A stretch of DNA of 64,000 nucleotides. Source: Bispira polyomma (lineage: Eukaryota). Shown here one piece after another: positions 26,666-39,479 of the stretch (position 1 is the first letter of the stretch; each line of letters starts with the position of its first letter). The DNA lies in NCBI GenBank assembly GCA_965649765.1, contig OZ287750.1, forward strand, positions 20,956,001 through 21,020,000, given 5' to 3'. A model generated the notes under the pieces. That model ran no database searches. It was not told the DNA's origin and was given only the letters and a program-made list of their open reading frames with translations. The position numbers and the translations under genes were made by a program.

Positions 26666-29600
26666 ATTCTGTTCTAAGACTGTACAATCTTGTCTTTAGA
26701 CCTATTATAGTGATGTGCTGATAAATTTGTGCTGTATTGTCCCTCGAGTGGGGGCCTTAGTGGTCAAATTTGTTTAAATTTTTAAATTAGTCCTTCTAAT
26801 TCACAGATTAAATACAAATCATTCTTTAATTTGGTGAAAGTATATCAAAAAAGCATTTTCAAAATATATCCAAAATAGATAATAATTTTCTTTCCTAATA
26901 TATCACATTTATGAAACTTAGAAGAATTCCAGTAAAATTCGGCCACTGGTCCCTTTGAGATTTCACAAGGTGAAATGTCTAGTTAGTCATGTGACCGAGT
27001 CATGTGGCTGAATACCAGCTTTCTATGTTTTGTCTATTGTAAGTGTACTGTGTCTAGGCATGTTTTATACATTGAAGGGATTAATGTTAAAGACTATTGA
27101 ACTACAAGTAAAGCATAACAGCGTTTACAGAGATCATTTTAGTACAACTTGTTAATTTTAAATGAAGCATTATCAGTAAAATTATTTTGAAAGAAAATAT
27201 TAGATTTAATAGTTGGTAAAATGAATGATGTTTTATTGTTTTGTTTTTCACTAATTGCACTAGATTGATTCATTGTTTTGAAAAAGTTATTTTATTAAAA
27301 TGTTTACAATTTAAAAAGAAAATGTATATTAAATGTTTGAAGTGTGTTTTAGAGTATTAACTTGCATATGTAATATAGCTGATATATTTATTCCTTTCAT
27401 TATTAGAAAAAAAGTAGTGAATGCTTTTTGTTCATATTATTGAAACATGCCCGTTGATACTGTGTTTTGTGACAGTGTTTTTGTAGCATTCATTTTAAAC
27501 CATGGCACATTTTCTGTGAATACGGTATCAGTGTCAAAGCTCCATAAACATTTTGTTATTTTTGCATTGTGTCACAGGACATTTGATTTTTGCTTAAAAT
27601 TATTGACATTGTTGTTTGCAAGGGACTGATGTTGTTCAAGAAATGATTTATTTCTCTATCTTTTTTTATTTTTGTTTTTGTTCAAACCTTCATGGATAAG
27701 GAATAATTAGCCCCTTTATGCCCCACGGAAAATATAGAACTGTTGAAAAAGGGGGACATAAAAATGTGAGAAAAGGACTTTGTTGCATTAGGAGACAATT
27801 AAAACTGCCGTCATATATATGGCTTCTGTATATTCTACCATATGTTAAAACCTCTATTGGCCAAACTTCCTAATATTGGAATGTTTGATTTTTTTCAAAA
27901 GCTTTTGGTTTTCATTCAAATGCCTTTTCTAGTTTGTGAAACTTCTATTATCAGAACAAGAATCTCACTTTCCCAAGGTGTCCAGATAATAGGGAATTGT
28001 GACACTGATTACCAGTCTGAAATACTTTTGTACAACTACAGATAAGTTGCTTAGAAGGACTACCAACCATTGGTTGCAGGGTTTTCTTGCTTGGTGTACA
28101 GTAATCTATAGATCTCTATCGTGGTATTAATCTGTTCTTTTCAGTCGAACTTGTGGTCATGAAGGGGTTAATTATTCTCAGCCGTTAATTCTTTCAAGAG
28201 AAATTCAGTGTTAGGGAAGGTGTACCGTTTGTTTTTTTAAAACTTATTTCTTGATTTTCAAGGAAAATGCTCTGTCTGGTGTTTTGATTATTTTGTGCAT
28301 GGTTTAAAATGAATGGCTATATGTGTTGTTAGCTTTACCTGTTTGTTTTTTGTGACTGACTAAACTTTTAGTCTAATGTTATATATAAACCAGGCCTGTT
28401 CTGATCATAATCATATATCCCTATGAATAGTTTTGGTACAGATTATCGAAACTTAAACCTTTTACTAAATCTGACACTATGTCTACCTGTTCTACTTACA
28501 CAAATTCAAGATTACACTTTCACAAGCAGCAACTTCTATTTAAGAATTAACTAAAAAAAAACATTAATTAGCACCATGGATGAAATTTTTTTCTCTCAGA
28601 TATTTGGAGATCTCTTATATTTGTCAGCTATTCAAGCTTGTCCAAAAAAGACTTACCACATGTATTCATTTAGTTCATTGTTATAAAAGTAGTTTTAACA
28701 TAGTTTTTCCCCTGCTGTACAATTTTAGCCTCCCTATGGGTTGTATCTTAATAACACAATATATGAAATACTCCTTTCTACAAGCAGGATATATTTGGAC
28801 ACTCTATTTCAGCACAATTCAGTCACTCGGGTATATATAAATCTCAACTAGCCTCTTAATTAGTTATTCTATAATCTTGTTAACTGAATTTCCTGCTTGA
28901 GTCAATGTATCCCCAAGCCTGGTGCAAGGTCCTTACATGAATGAGCACATTATAATACACAGTATAGCTCCCTCCAAATGGACTTTTCAGTGAGGCTATA
29001 AAGTCACGAATCTTTTCCTCCTATCGGACTATTCTTTTGCATATTGACTTGCATGTGCACCACAGAGGATGCCTGGTCATCAATTGTGGCGCTATAGAAG
29101 TAAAAACACTACCGTTAAAATCCAACTGGTATAGAAACTACTGCTGACCCCAAGATAACATGATATCCCATTAAGGTATTTAATCATACCCACCAAAAAT
29201 GTAAATTCTTCTGAGCAGATTCACTGACTCCTTGCATTTTTAATAAACAGTGTTCAACCGAAATGTCAGGAGTAAAATCTACTTCTAAAAATATAATCCA
29301 CAAATTTTCAGGATTTAAATAAGTTGTCTCTTTTTGGTCGCACTATATTGTCTTTAATAGTTTCATGAGCTAGCAGAAATAAAAAAGGATTTTTTTTAAA
29401 AAAATCTCCTAAACCAATGTTTCCCAATTGTACTTTTGCTGTAGCTTTCTTTTGTCATTGCTTCTGGTTATTAGTTTTGTTTTCATTGTCTTTCAGTTCC
29501 TTTTTGTCATGGCACATACATTTGAAATTATTTTTTTTAAAGCTGAGACTATCATATTGATCACATTGACATAATTAGAACCAGACCCTTTAAGCTCTTG

Positions 29601-30132
29601 ACAAAATATATATAATAAAATAAACCTGAGTACAGGGTGGGTTGATCAAATTAATGACAGACATTAGCACAGAAAATACTCTGGACTATCGTTGTAAAGA
29701 AATAGGCTTAATTCAGCAAAACAAAGCAAAACAGGCACCTTTACAACTTCCTTCAAAATAATTTTTGTATCGTTCACAGACAAGTGGTTACAAATATCTT
29801 TATCAAATGTGGCATACAGATTAAAGATTTGTTATGTCTATGCTCTCAGAGGAATTCTATTGCAACTAGCATCACCAAATTTTCAGGATATGGTTACCGC
29901 TATGATATCTGCTGAACTTTGGCGTCATTAAAAAAACACCAAGATGGCCGCCAAATTTTTTATATCCCGGTGGATACAACAGATGTATCGTTCCAGCCAT
30001 GTGATTGGTCTAGTTAACTATATAGTAGATAATAGACAATTTAGGCAACAGACAATCGACTAAAGTATTTTATCCTAAGTGTGACTAAAAATTGTAGTTG
30101 TTGTTTAATGCATAAAGTAGATATAGATTTGG

Positions 30133-30349
30133 TACACGGGCGGTCACAATAGTGTCCGGGTCATAATAGTGTCTGTTGCATTTGTAAAGAACTTACCGAT
30201 GGAAATTAATATTGAAAACACATGCTACTTTATGTCTATGAATTAAATTACAGAATACTATATTTTATTTCTGAGAAATCTAGGTTTTATATTTTGAAAT
30301 GTGCATCAATCAATATTGTGACCCGGACACTATTGTCACCGCCCTTGTA
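30133..30349. mobile_element. MITE with ~35-bp TIRs and TA target site (Tc1/mariner-type)
   Basis: TA|cacgggcggtcacaatagtgtccgggtcataata ... tattgtgacccggacactattgtcaccgcccttg|TA. Confidence 0.85.
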
Positions 30350-31020
30350 GTGTTATTTACAGCATGTTATAATGTGTGATATTCAGCAGTGTTTTATTAT
30401 TATTTTCTGTATGTTTAATAAAAAACAAACTATCTGTCTGTATATACAGTTATATACACATATGTACATGTGAGTGTGATGATCTGTGAGCTCTAATATT
30501 TTAAACTTTTTGTCTATTTCTTTGAATGTTGCCTTGTCGTTGTGTGTTTCTCTATTTGGTATATAAGTGCACCTGAGTAGACGTGAATATGTATGTTTAT
30601 GGCCTGTGACATCACAAAAATTTTAAAAAATTGAATGCATCGGGGAAGGATATAATTTGCATCATTTCCGTTGATTTGGTTTTTGTACAATATACCGATA
30701 TATTTTGTTCCATATACTCCCAAAATCATGTTCCATTTAAATCAAGTGCATGCCTTGTCCCAAAAATTTATCGGGTATGATTTTAGTGTAAAATATGCTG
30801 TTTTAGGGTTGAGATACATGTAACAACCATGATGACAGTTACATAGCTTTAATAATCAAATATCAGTATGTGTATGAAATATTGATTTGTTTTATATACA
30901 ACTTTCAAAGTTATACTGATCTCAGTATCAAAATTCTGATAGATTACTAACAAACTGGTAACAGTAAATGCCCTTAACATTGGTCAAAAGAATGGATGAG
31001 CAATGTTTAACTTCTTGAAA

Positions 31021-31445
31021 GGGGCTATGGTGGCCTAATGGTAAGAAGCAATAGTTCCACAATCACTGGCCTCTGACTAGACTTGCTTACAAGTCTTTAC
31101 TGTTGGTGAACACTATATGCCTGCATTTTAGAAGTTCCCATTCTAATCATAAGGTGTCAGCACTGGTGTTTTTATAACTGCCAGCTTCTTCATTTAATCC
31201 CAAATGTGAATCCGCACAGGGTTATAGTTAAAAAATCATAATGCCTTCATTGAAGGACCTTGCACAAGGTCTAGACTCTGATCAATGTGGGTTCAAATCC
31301 TATGGGTTCCTTCAGGTGGAAAAATTTGTCAAGTACTCGCCATAGGTCGGTGGTTTAATGTGCTTCAGCACTGGTTTCTTTCACCATTGAATCTAGCCGC
31401 CGTGATATGAGCTAAGCTGTTGAAAGTGACAAAATACTCAAAACT
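31021..31445 (+). mobile_element. SINE copy split by a ~200-bp TIR element (31077-31275)
   Basis: A-box tggcctaatgg; B-box ggttcaaatcc near 31290; insert flanked by duplicated ctctga. Confidence 0.75.
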
Positions 31446-33756
31446 AATCTTTGATGTTGTATCATTGACGCCATGACACAATGTCATATGATGTATCTCA
31501 ACTCTAACAATCAGAGTTGTCTCTCATTGAAACTCACCTTATTGAAATCCTAAACTTTCAGCTTTTAGATTTAAAAACCGTACCACTTGAAATTCATTTC
31601 TTTCTCCTTAATCTCCTGTGTGTTTACCTTTTTTTGCCTGCTGATTAATTCTGTAAATATATTATATAATTAAAAATCTTTTATATAGAGTTGCATTGCA
31701 TACTTTTGTTGATACTGGTTTCAGATAATGCTTTGTATTTTTATTGGCATGACAACATGTGTATTTAACTGTGTAATTGTTTGGCTTATCCTGCTTTTCT
31801 ATAGTTACAGTTTTTTTAATGGAGAATATGTTTTTCTATTATATACTCCGTCATTAATTCTTTTTCACACATTTTTCTTCTATTATTTAGAAATTTAAAA
31901 ATAAAATAGTTTTTTTTTTCGAGTATAAGGAAAATAAATTTGCCACTGTATCTGAAATTCAGCACCTACAAAATGTTGTTTTTGGTGGAATTGTGGGTAA
32001 TATTTGCTGAAATTGAGATTTTTGTGACTATTTTGCCCTTACTTACCTAAATTCCAGTTATTTTTCTCTTTCTCTTCTATTACTTACTCTAGAACACATG
32101 GAAATGATTCTGGAAACAATTCTTCTATGGCATTATAGTAAAACAAGTTCTCCCTTAAAAAGCTTTTTTTTAATTTTACAATTTACTACTGTATAAATAC
32201 TAGTTATAAAGCTGTGTATATTGTGTATAATGCATCCCTTATAGTTAACCAGTTTGTGTATATATAATGACAAAATAACCTATTCAAAACACAAAAAACT
32301 ACTGATAATCACATGCCAACCTCTAATCTGTTTTTGTACTTTTTTGTTTTTGCATTTTCAGCGAGTTTAGATCCTCCTGTAAGAACTAGCACTGTTCTCT
32401 CTACCCCGTGTTGAATGCCTCGCCATAATCATCACTCCGGTTGAAAATTTCCCTTCTCTCCCCTGCTTTCCCAAATTCCCAGGGTTTGTTTTGTACCAAA
32501 CCCACCTCCTTTAGTTCAAATAAGACAGCACTGTAGTTAAAACCGACGTAGCATATAAATTTAATTGTAATAATAATAATAATGTTTCATTCCTTTTGTT
32601 TGTTTTTCAAGTTTGTGCTTAATTTTTAGATGCTGAGTAAAAAAAAAATATGTCTGTTTTAAAAAAATAAATAATTTAATACGATTTTTAATTTAGCTGA
32701 TATATAACCTTATGAATGTAATATGATGTTGGCTTATAATCTATTTTTCTCAGGTAATATATTGTGGATCATTGAAGAAACTGCTTGTTAATATCCTAAA
32801 CATTTATGCCAATTCAGAGTTTTTATTTTTTTTTCACCGCCTGTAGTTCTTCTTTGAATGTCTGCCGTATTCTTGTGTCTTCTCAAACCCCTCTTATCAC
32901 ACAGATAACAGTTTCTTATCTTGTTAAGATTATCTCCCATTGTATATGTTCTATATAACAAGATAAATAAGTTCCTGCCATTTCTCCAAATCTTGAAAAG
33001 AGGTTCATTATCTTATACCATATCACATATTTAAAATAGCAAAGGGTATAGCTAAATTTGTATGGGAATTAAATTTTGTTTTATACAATACATATCTAAG
33101 ATTTCATCTTCAAAGTTTTATGTTAATTTTTTGTATACAAAAGGTTTGTACAATTACAGTAAGTTATCATGTTAAGGTTTTTTTGTTATATACACCATAT
33201 TTAAAGTGATATTTATTTAGTTTTTTTTTTCTGGAATGGATTCTTTGTAGTCGTTTCAAGCATCATACTCTGTTGTAAATATACATACATATCTCTAAGT
33301 GCAGTAGTTGCTCTAAATCAGCATATTCTTCTTCAAACTGTAAAGAGCATTAGTTTAAATGATATCATGTACATAACACATTGTGATTGGTTTGCATGGA
33401 ATTAGACAGACATGGCTTTTTTAAAGTATGGAAGATTAAAAATTCAAATAAATCGTAAAATTAAGTAATGTTTAGCAAAGTTACTTGTTATAACATGGTT
33501 GCAAAGTAATATGATTAAATATGCTACATTATTTGATAAGCTAAATGCTACAAAAAAAAAACAAAAAAACTTTTGTAAATATTTTCAATTTAAAGCATGC
33601 TTTGCTTAAATTATAGTATTGATGGATTAATAATACACATTTATTAAATTTAAAGTGAGTAATAAAAACATTTAGAAATTTAAAATAATAGGAAATAGAT
33701 TTAACAAGTTTCCTTCTGAGTTTGGATCTCTTACCAGTATTTTCTCTTTTATGTAG

Positions 33757-33903
33757 GTCAAGCTGGATGACCTTTATGATGAACTCCAAAGAGATCTCCA
33801 GAATCAGAGAAACTGGGTCAACGACATGGAAACCACGCTTAGAAACCAGGAACCAATCAGTGATGAACAGACAAAAATCAAAAAACAGTTACAAGCACAA
33901 CAG
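33757..33903 (+). CDS. MACF1: Spectrin-repeat exon
   Basis: ttttatgtAG|GTC; VKLDDLYDELQRDLQNQRNWVNDMETTLRNQEPISDEQTKIKKQLQAQQ; 147 nt, phase 0-0. Confidence 0.85.
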
Positions 33904-34021
33904 GTTTAGTAGATGCACCCATTTGTCTTAAATGTTTTTGAATGTATGTTACTTGTTAAAGGTCAATTTATAGTCTGTTATAGCACTTCAGAATTGTTTT
34001 TTCATTAGTACAAAAACTGAT

Positions 34022-34230
34022 GTAGTCATGTTGGCCTAGTGGTTGAAAGCTCTTGCTAAAAATCACTGGCCTCTCACCAATGTGGGTTTGGATCCCCTTC
34101 CTTCCTTCATGTGGAAAAGCTTGTCATGTACTTGCCGTAGGTAGGTTTATAGTGCTTCAGCACTGGTTTTCTCCGCAATTAAATTTGGCCGTAATGATCT
34201 GGCTGTTCAAAGCGATATAAAAAACCAAGT
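34022..34230 (+). mobile_element. SINE copy, same family
   Basis: tggcctagtgg...aatcactggcctctcaccaatgtgggtttggatcc...gtacttgccgtagg. Confidence 0.78.
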
Positions 34231-34523
34231 GTAAATGCAAGTTCTACTAAAGTAGTCCTTTTTTCCAGTCATCAAATACTAAGGCCATACTATTGTGGAG
34301 ATGTATTAAGTAAAACCAGCTGGAACTTTAAATAGTAAATACTAATGTACTAAAATTTAAATTAGTAAGCCTAGTGCGATTCAACTCTGTAAATATTCTA
34401 CTGGTTGGTTGAAGTGAACATATGCTTTTATCATTTTATGGGCATTTGTGTATGTTAACCTACTACGTTTAATCAATTTTCCATTTATCCCAAATAAATG
34501 TGTGTGTCTATGTGTGTATACAG

Positions 34524-34679
34524 AAAGTGTTTACAGAAGTGAGTTCACATCAACAGCCCATCCTCTCGCTGTTATACCAGGCCGCTCAGCTGGCAGAGAA
34601 GCACAAGGCTGAGTTTACTATTGAACAACTCACTGAGCTCAATCATCTCACATCTCAAGTCAGAGACCGTTTAGATCTG
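34524..34679 (+). CDS. MACF1: Spectrin-repeat exon
   Basis: KVFTEVSSHQQPILSLLYQAAQL...RDRLDL|GTAAGA; 156 nt. Confidence 0.87.
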
Positions 34680-35270
34680 GTAAGACCTTTAGTGCGTGTG
34701 TATTGCAATTGTTAATGCCAGGACCTATGTCTCTCGGCAAGCAGTCAACACCCCCAAAATATTATTGTATTTTTCCTTCAGTTCCTCGCAGTAGGAAATT
34801 TTTAGTACAGCCGACTCCCCTGTTAAAAAAAAATGAGAGTAAGTCAATATTTACTTCTAAAAGTAGTGTGTGGTGTGTGTTTTAATGACCTAAGCTATCT
34901 GGAAGCTTATGCCGAAAAATTTCCGTCAGTTCCTGTCGGTTACTTTCTTCCTCCCAGTTGCAATAGGGTTAAATAGTGTTTCTTTCACGCGTGTACAAAA
35001 TTTTTACTCATGAAACCCATCCATCAGTGACGCAAGATCTTTTGTTTTGCAGTATACATATTTAAGTCATATCTGTCTTATTTGTGATTTTAGTTTAATC
35101 TTTTTGTTCGGTATGTTAAGCTGATATATTGGGAATTCTCTGCTCTATGACATTGTCTCAACAGAATCATTTAAAGTTTCTAAAAAAAAAACTGTTAAAA
35201 GTATATCTTTGTAAAGAAATCTATTTATAAAGCACTAGATAAGAACGGTTTGTTATGTTTTGTGAAACAG

Positions 35271-35453
35271 ATTCACAGGGAATGCGACTCTCGCCAGAGA
35301 CACCTGGCATCTGCTCTGGATGAAAATGAGAAATTTGTAGAAGAGTTCTTGCGATTTGACAAGTGGCTGAGTGATTCTGAGGACATGCTGAGGGTCACAC
35401 AGAGGTCAGGGGTTGACCTTGAAAGGTTACAGGAACAGAGAGATGAAATAAAG
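35271..35453 (+). CDS. MACF1: Spectrin-repeat exon
   Basis: IHRECDSRQRHL...FDKWLSDSEDML...DEIK|GTGTGG; 183 nt. Confidence 0.87.
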
Positions 35454-35476
35454 GTGTGGAGATTAACAAAGTGCTA

Positions 35477-35655
35477 TACAGTAGGACCCCTATTAACCAC
35501 ACTTCTGTTGTCAGAAAATTAAATTTTATGAACTCTGAAATTCATGTTTTCCTATTGCTTTCATACAGAAACACTTTTTCTATTTTTTTTTAACTTTCTC
35601 TTGTCCAAACAAAATCTTGTAATCCCAATATGTTTGAATAATAAAGGTTCCACTG
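35477..35655. mobile_element. MITE, same family as 147
   Basis: tacagtaggacccctatta ... taataaaggttccactg. Confidence 0.65.
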
Positions 35656-36059
35656 TCATTTTGTTTGACAAGATCTATATCAAAAGCATATTTTATAATA
35701 TATCAGGACATAGCAAGAAACTAGAATATTTTAAATTTTTGGGCAGGAAACAAAAAAGTGTGCCCGATTGAAACAGGCAGTTGCAACCAATAAATTGATT
35801 ACATATATAACTTTGCGACTAAAAACGGCTTAACAATTTCATGATATGATGGAAAAGAGGTTATCGCTTTACAACTTACCATCATGCAAGTCTTTGACCA
35901 AGGTCATATATAAATGTATATCTTGCCCAATAATATTGGTGCCCAGAGACCCCCAAATAATAATTAATGTTGCTGATATCGATCAGGAATTGAACACCCA
36001 TTTGTATATTTAATTTAACAAGTTTAGATTTGATTGTGAGTGTCTTTCTGCTACCACAG

Positions 36060-36143
36060 GTGTTTATGGAGGAGGTGGGCAATCACCAGGCTGAGCTACG
36101 CTTCCTCAACATGCAGGGACAGAAGTTCCTGGATGAGGCCAAG
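36060..36143 (+). CDS. MACF1: Spectrin-repeat exon
   Basis: VFMEEVGNHQAELRFLNMQGQKFLDEAK|GTAGTG; 84 nt. Confidence 0.88.
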
Positions 36144-36159
36144 GTAGTGTATTGTATAT

Positions 36160-36480
36160 TGAATTTTTAACGGCGCCTTCTAAAGAGCGCAACAACAGAA
36201 TCAGTTAACCAATAGAGAAATAAAAAAACAACACAGCCAATATCGTAAGAAAGGATGTGGAGGTGTATAGGGAGTGAACTAAGTTGAGTAAGCAAGTTGG
36301 AAGAGATAGGTTTTAAGTTTTTTACTGAACTCACAAAATTGTTTCTAGTGAACTAAGCTCATTAAACAGAGAGTAGCAAGGTAGGTGGGTTGTTAAGAGA
36401 CAACAGTTTTGAAATTGGACGTGACATCGATTTTAAACAAAAATTGACAATGAATAGGAAGCCAATGTAATTTTGTGAGG
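36160..36480 (-). mobile_element. Degenerate L2 LINE 3' fragment
   Basis: Shares cttctaaag..gcgcaacaacagaatca and agataggttttaag with the 40961 element. Confidence 0.65.
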
Positions 36481-36971
36481 TAGGAGGGATTAAGTACATC
36501 TCAGTGGCTATATTTTCCATACAATCTCTCACTCAACTCAACCAGAAATCTAAGGTCCACATGCTGACATCATAAACATGTAAATGATGACGCATATTAT
36601 AGTGGCAAAAGTCAAAGATGTGACGATTTTTTTTTTTTACAATTTATACTTAGATGAAGTGTAAGTGCAATAATTTTCTTTTGGGGTCCAATATCATATT
36701 TTTATTGTGTAAAATATACCAAACAATTCCTAACAATTGCTATAAATGATTTCGCTAAGAATCAGCCCGGTCGTAACGAAAAATCACGACAACGACACTA
36801 CCTAAGCCGTCCCACTCTTAATTATGTCACAACCCCAAATATAGACTAGGCAGCCGGCATTTTCTTCATTACAAAATTTACCGTTAACGAATACACAGTA
36901 TTTGAATTTCGAGACATTTTTTTCCAGATCATATATTATATATTGTCATCTAGTTTTGTCTACACAAACAG

Positions 36972-37199
36972 AAATATCAGAGGGACCTGAGTCACTTCAA
37001 GGCTCAGATGGAGCAAGGACCAGAGAGACCAACGGCTGAGACACCTGGGGCGGCCTTTCAAGCAAAGACCAAGGAACGCATGCGATCTGCTGCCGAGAGG
37101 TACAAGAATCTGAAAGACGATGGCCAGGATTTGGGGTCTAAGTTAAACATTGCCAGAGAAAGACAGAGGGATTACATGGAGACAATGGCCAAATTACAG
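36972..37199 (+). CDS. MACF1: Spectrin-repeat exon
   Basis: KYQRDLSHFKAQMEQ...TMAKLQ|GTGAGG; 228 nt. Confidence 0.85.
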
Positions 37200-37420
37200 G
37201 TGAGGATGTGGGTGTAGACATTCTGTTATCTGGACATCTGTTATCTAAGTTAAACATTGCCAGAGAAAGACAGAGAAATTATATCGAGACAATGGCCAAA
37301 TTACAGGTGAGGACGTGGGTGTAGACTAATATCTAAGTTAAACATGGCCAGAGACAGACAGAGAGATTACATGGAGACAATGGCCAATGGTGAGGATGTG
37401 GTGTACACGTTCTGTTATTT
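37137..37420 (+). repeat. Exon-end/donor tandem duplication, original plus 2 copies
   Basis: tctaagttaaacat...acaatggccaaattacag|gtgagga at 37137, 37244 and 37332 (third copy partly deleted). Confidence 0.9.
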
Positions 37421-37872
37421 GTTAGACCGAGATATGACATGGAAATTCTAGCCAAGTTATGTATTAGGTGATTAATATTGTATCAATTTTGATGTTGTGA
37501 TTTATAATATACAAATTGCAAAAGGGATTCCTCTGTGGAATAATATAACTGTTAATATGTTATATAAGCTACAGAGTCTGTAAGAAAACCAAACACTAAA
37601 TTAAAGGGACCCAGATCAAAGGTTTTAGTCACTCCTAGAAAATATATCCAAGAATATATATCCTAGAAAATGATTTTGGCTTTGACAAGCATTATTACCA
37701 TTGAAAAAAATACAGTGATATGTAGTAAGGTTTAGAACTTTATTGGTGAAAAATGAGTAGTGTTAAATGTATTTGTCTACTAACTTGAAATTCTTTAGGA
37801 TAGAAATTTATGATAATTGTATAATAAATTTTAAAAAACAACAAAAAACCTGTATAAATTTGTGTTTTTAAG

Positions 37873-38181
37873 TCGTGGCTGTTCGATACTGAGACTCAAG
37901 TGAACACGATGAAGACCGAACCCATCAAATCCGGCCCTTCAGCCTCTCAAGCACAGTTAGAACAAGCCAAACACGTGGGCAAGCTGGCAGTGTCCCAGGG
38001 GAAGGCCCTGGATGAACTAAAGAGGTCGTCTAGGGGCCTGACAGAGGCACTGACTGACCTGGGCACCACCAACCAGGATGTCACCACAGACATAGACCAC
38101 AGTGTGGCAGACATCAGAGAGAGGCTGGCAGCCATAGCCACTGAGTCTAACGAAAGGGTGAAGACACTGGAACTAGCGCAG
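37873..38181 (+). CDS. MACF1: Spectrin-repeat exon
   Basis: ttttaAG|SWLFDTETQV...LELAQ|GTGAGG; 309 nt. Confidence 0.85.
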
Positions 38182-38699
38182 GTGAGGAAAACGGCCAAGT
38201 CGCATACAATACAGGGTAACCTCTTTTTGTCAAACCTTCAGTTAAAATGTCTCTTTTTAAGCCATATTTTCCACTTAACAGGGTCGATTATTAAACAGAA
38301 GGCTTTTGTGGTACATTAGAACTTCCTTTGTATGATAAGGTTTAGTGGGTAAATCGTTTAACACTAATACATTGATATCATAAGTGACACATATTTCGCC
38401 AAGGGATAACATTTTCACAATAGTTTTAATAATATTTTAAGGATAATACCTTTTAAACAATGCGTAATAACCATTTTATATCCATTTTTACTTGTAAATA
38501 TATTTAGCGGTTCTCACTTCCTGTTTCATTTCAGGCACGTTTTTTTTTTTTTGAGATATGTTCCAGTTTCTTCTAATGTTTTTTGCTACCTCCCGATATC
38601 GGCCGATATTGAATTTATTTTGCTTTTGATATGGATCTCCACCAACCCAAACGATTTACCCACTAATAAGGTTTAATGTTTCCATATTTCTTGTCTCAG

Positions 38700-39479
38700 G
38701 TTCAGTCACAAGGGGTACAGGAAGGCCTGGACAGCCTGTTTATTTGGCTCAAGGGCACAGAGAGGTCACTAAGCATGCTCAAACCCATCAGCCTCATCCC
38801 GGAGGTGTTAGGTGAACAGGACCAAGAGGTACAACTTCTGAAGGCAGACATAGATTCCCACAAGCCGGGAATAGACTCTGTGAATACCTCGGTTAGGGAG
38901 ATGATTGCCAGCTCAGACCCAGCCACACGGACCAAACTAGAGGACAAGCTAGATGCACTGAATCAAGGCTACCAATCCGCCTCTTCTAGAGTTCGAGACC
39001 GGGAGGATGACCTAAAGGTGATCTCTGAGAGACTCAACACATTCCAGGACATGACAACTGGACACCAGAGTTGGCTGGTGCCCAGTGTGGAGAGCTTAGA
39101 ATCTCAGGACATCGACCAGATTGACACCAGTCTACTGAAAGACCGTCTACATGACATGAGTCTCCAGTCGGTGGAGAGACAGACCGAGCTGAAGGCCATA
39201 AAGACGCTCGGCGAAGAACTGATAAGAGACCCCAACACTGGGGATGTGGGTTCGGTGAAGGAGAAGATTGGTCAGTTAGAGCGGAGCTGGACGGACCTGG
39301 GGACTATCCATGGCGAGCGAGAGAAGGATGTTGAGTACCGAGAGAACCAGTCGCACAAATACCATGAGACCAGGGAGGCAGTACAGCAGTGGCTGGAGAG
39401 GATGGAGGAGAAACTAGGGCAGGTAGAACCTGTGGCTATTGATGTGGAGATCATAGAGAGACAGATAGAGGAACTACAG
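38700..39479 (+). CDS. MACF1: Spectrin-repeat exon
   Basis: VQSQGVQEGLDSLFIWLKGTE...QQWLERMEE...EELQ|GTAATT; 780 nt. Confidence 0.92.

Noticed and set aside
25094-33789. Short ORFs in the 9.5-kb intron (25094, 26324, 27447, 27842, 28580, 30514, 33541)
   Set aside because: AT-rich low-complexity translations or SINE-derived; no spectrin/plectin signature.
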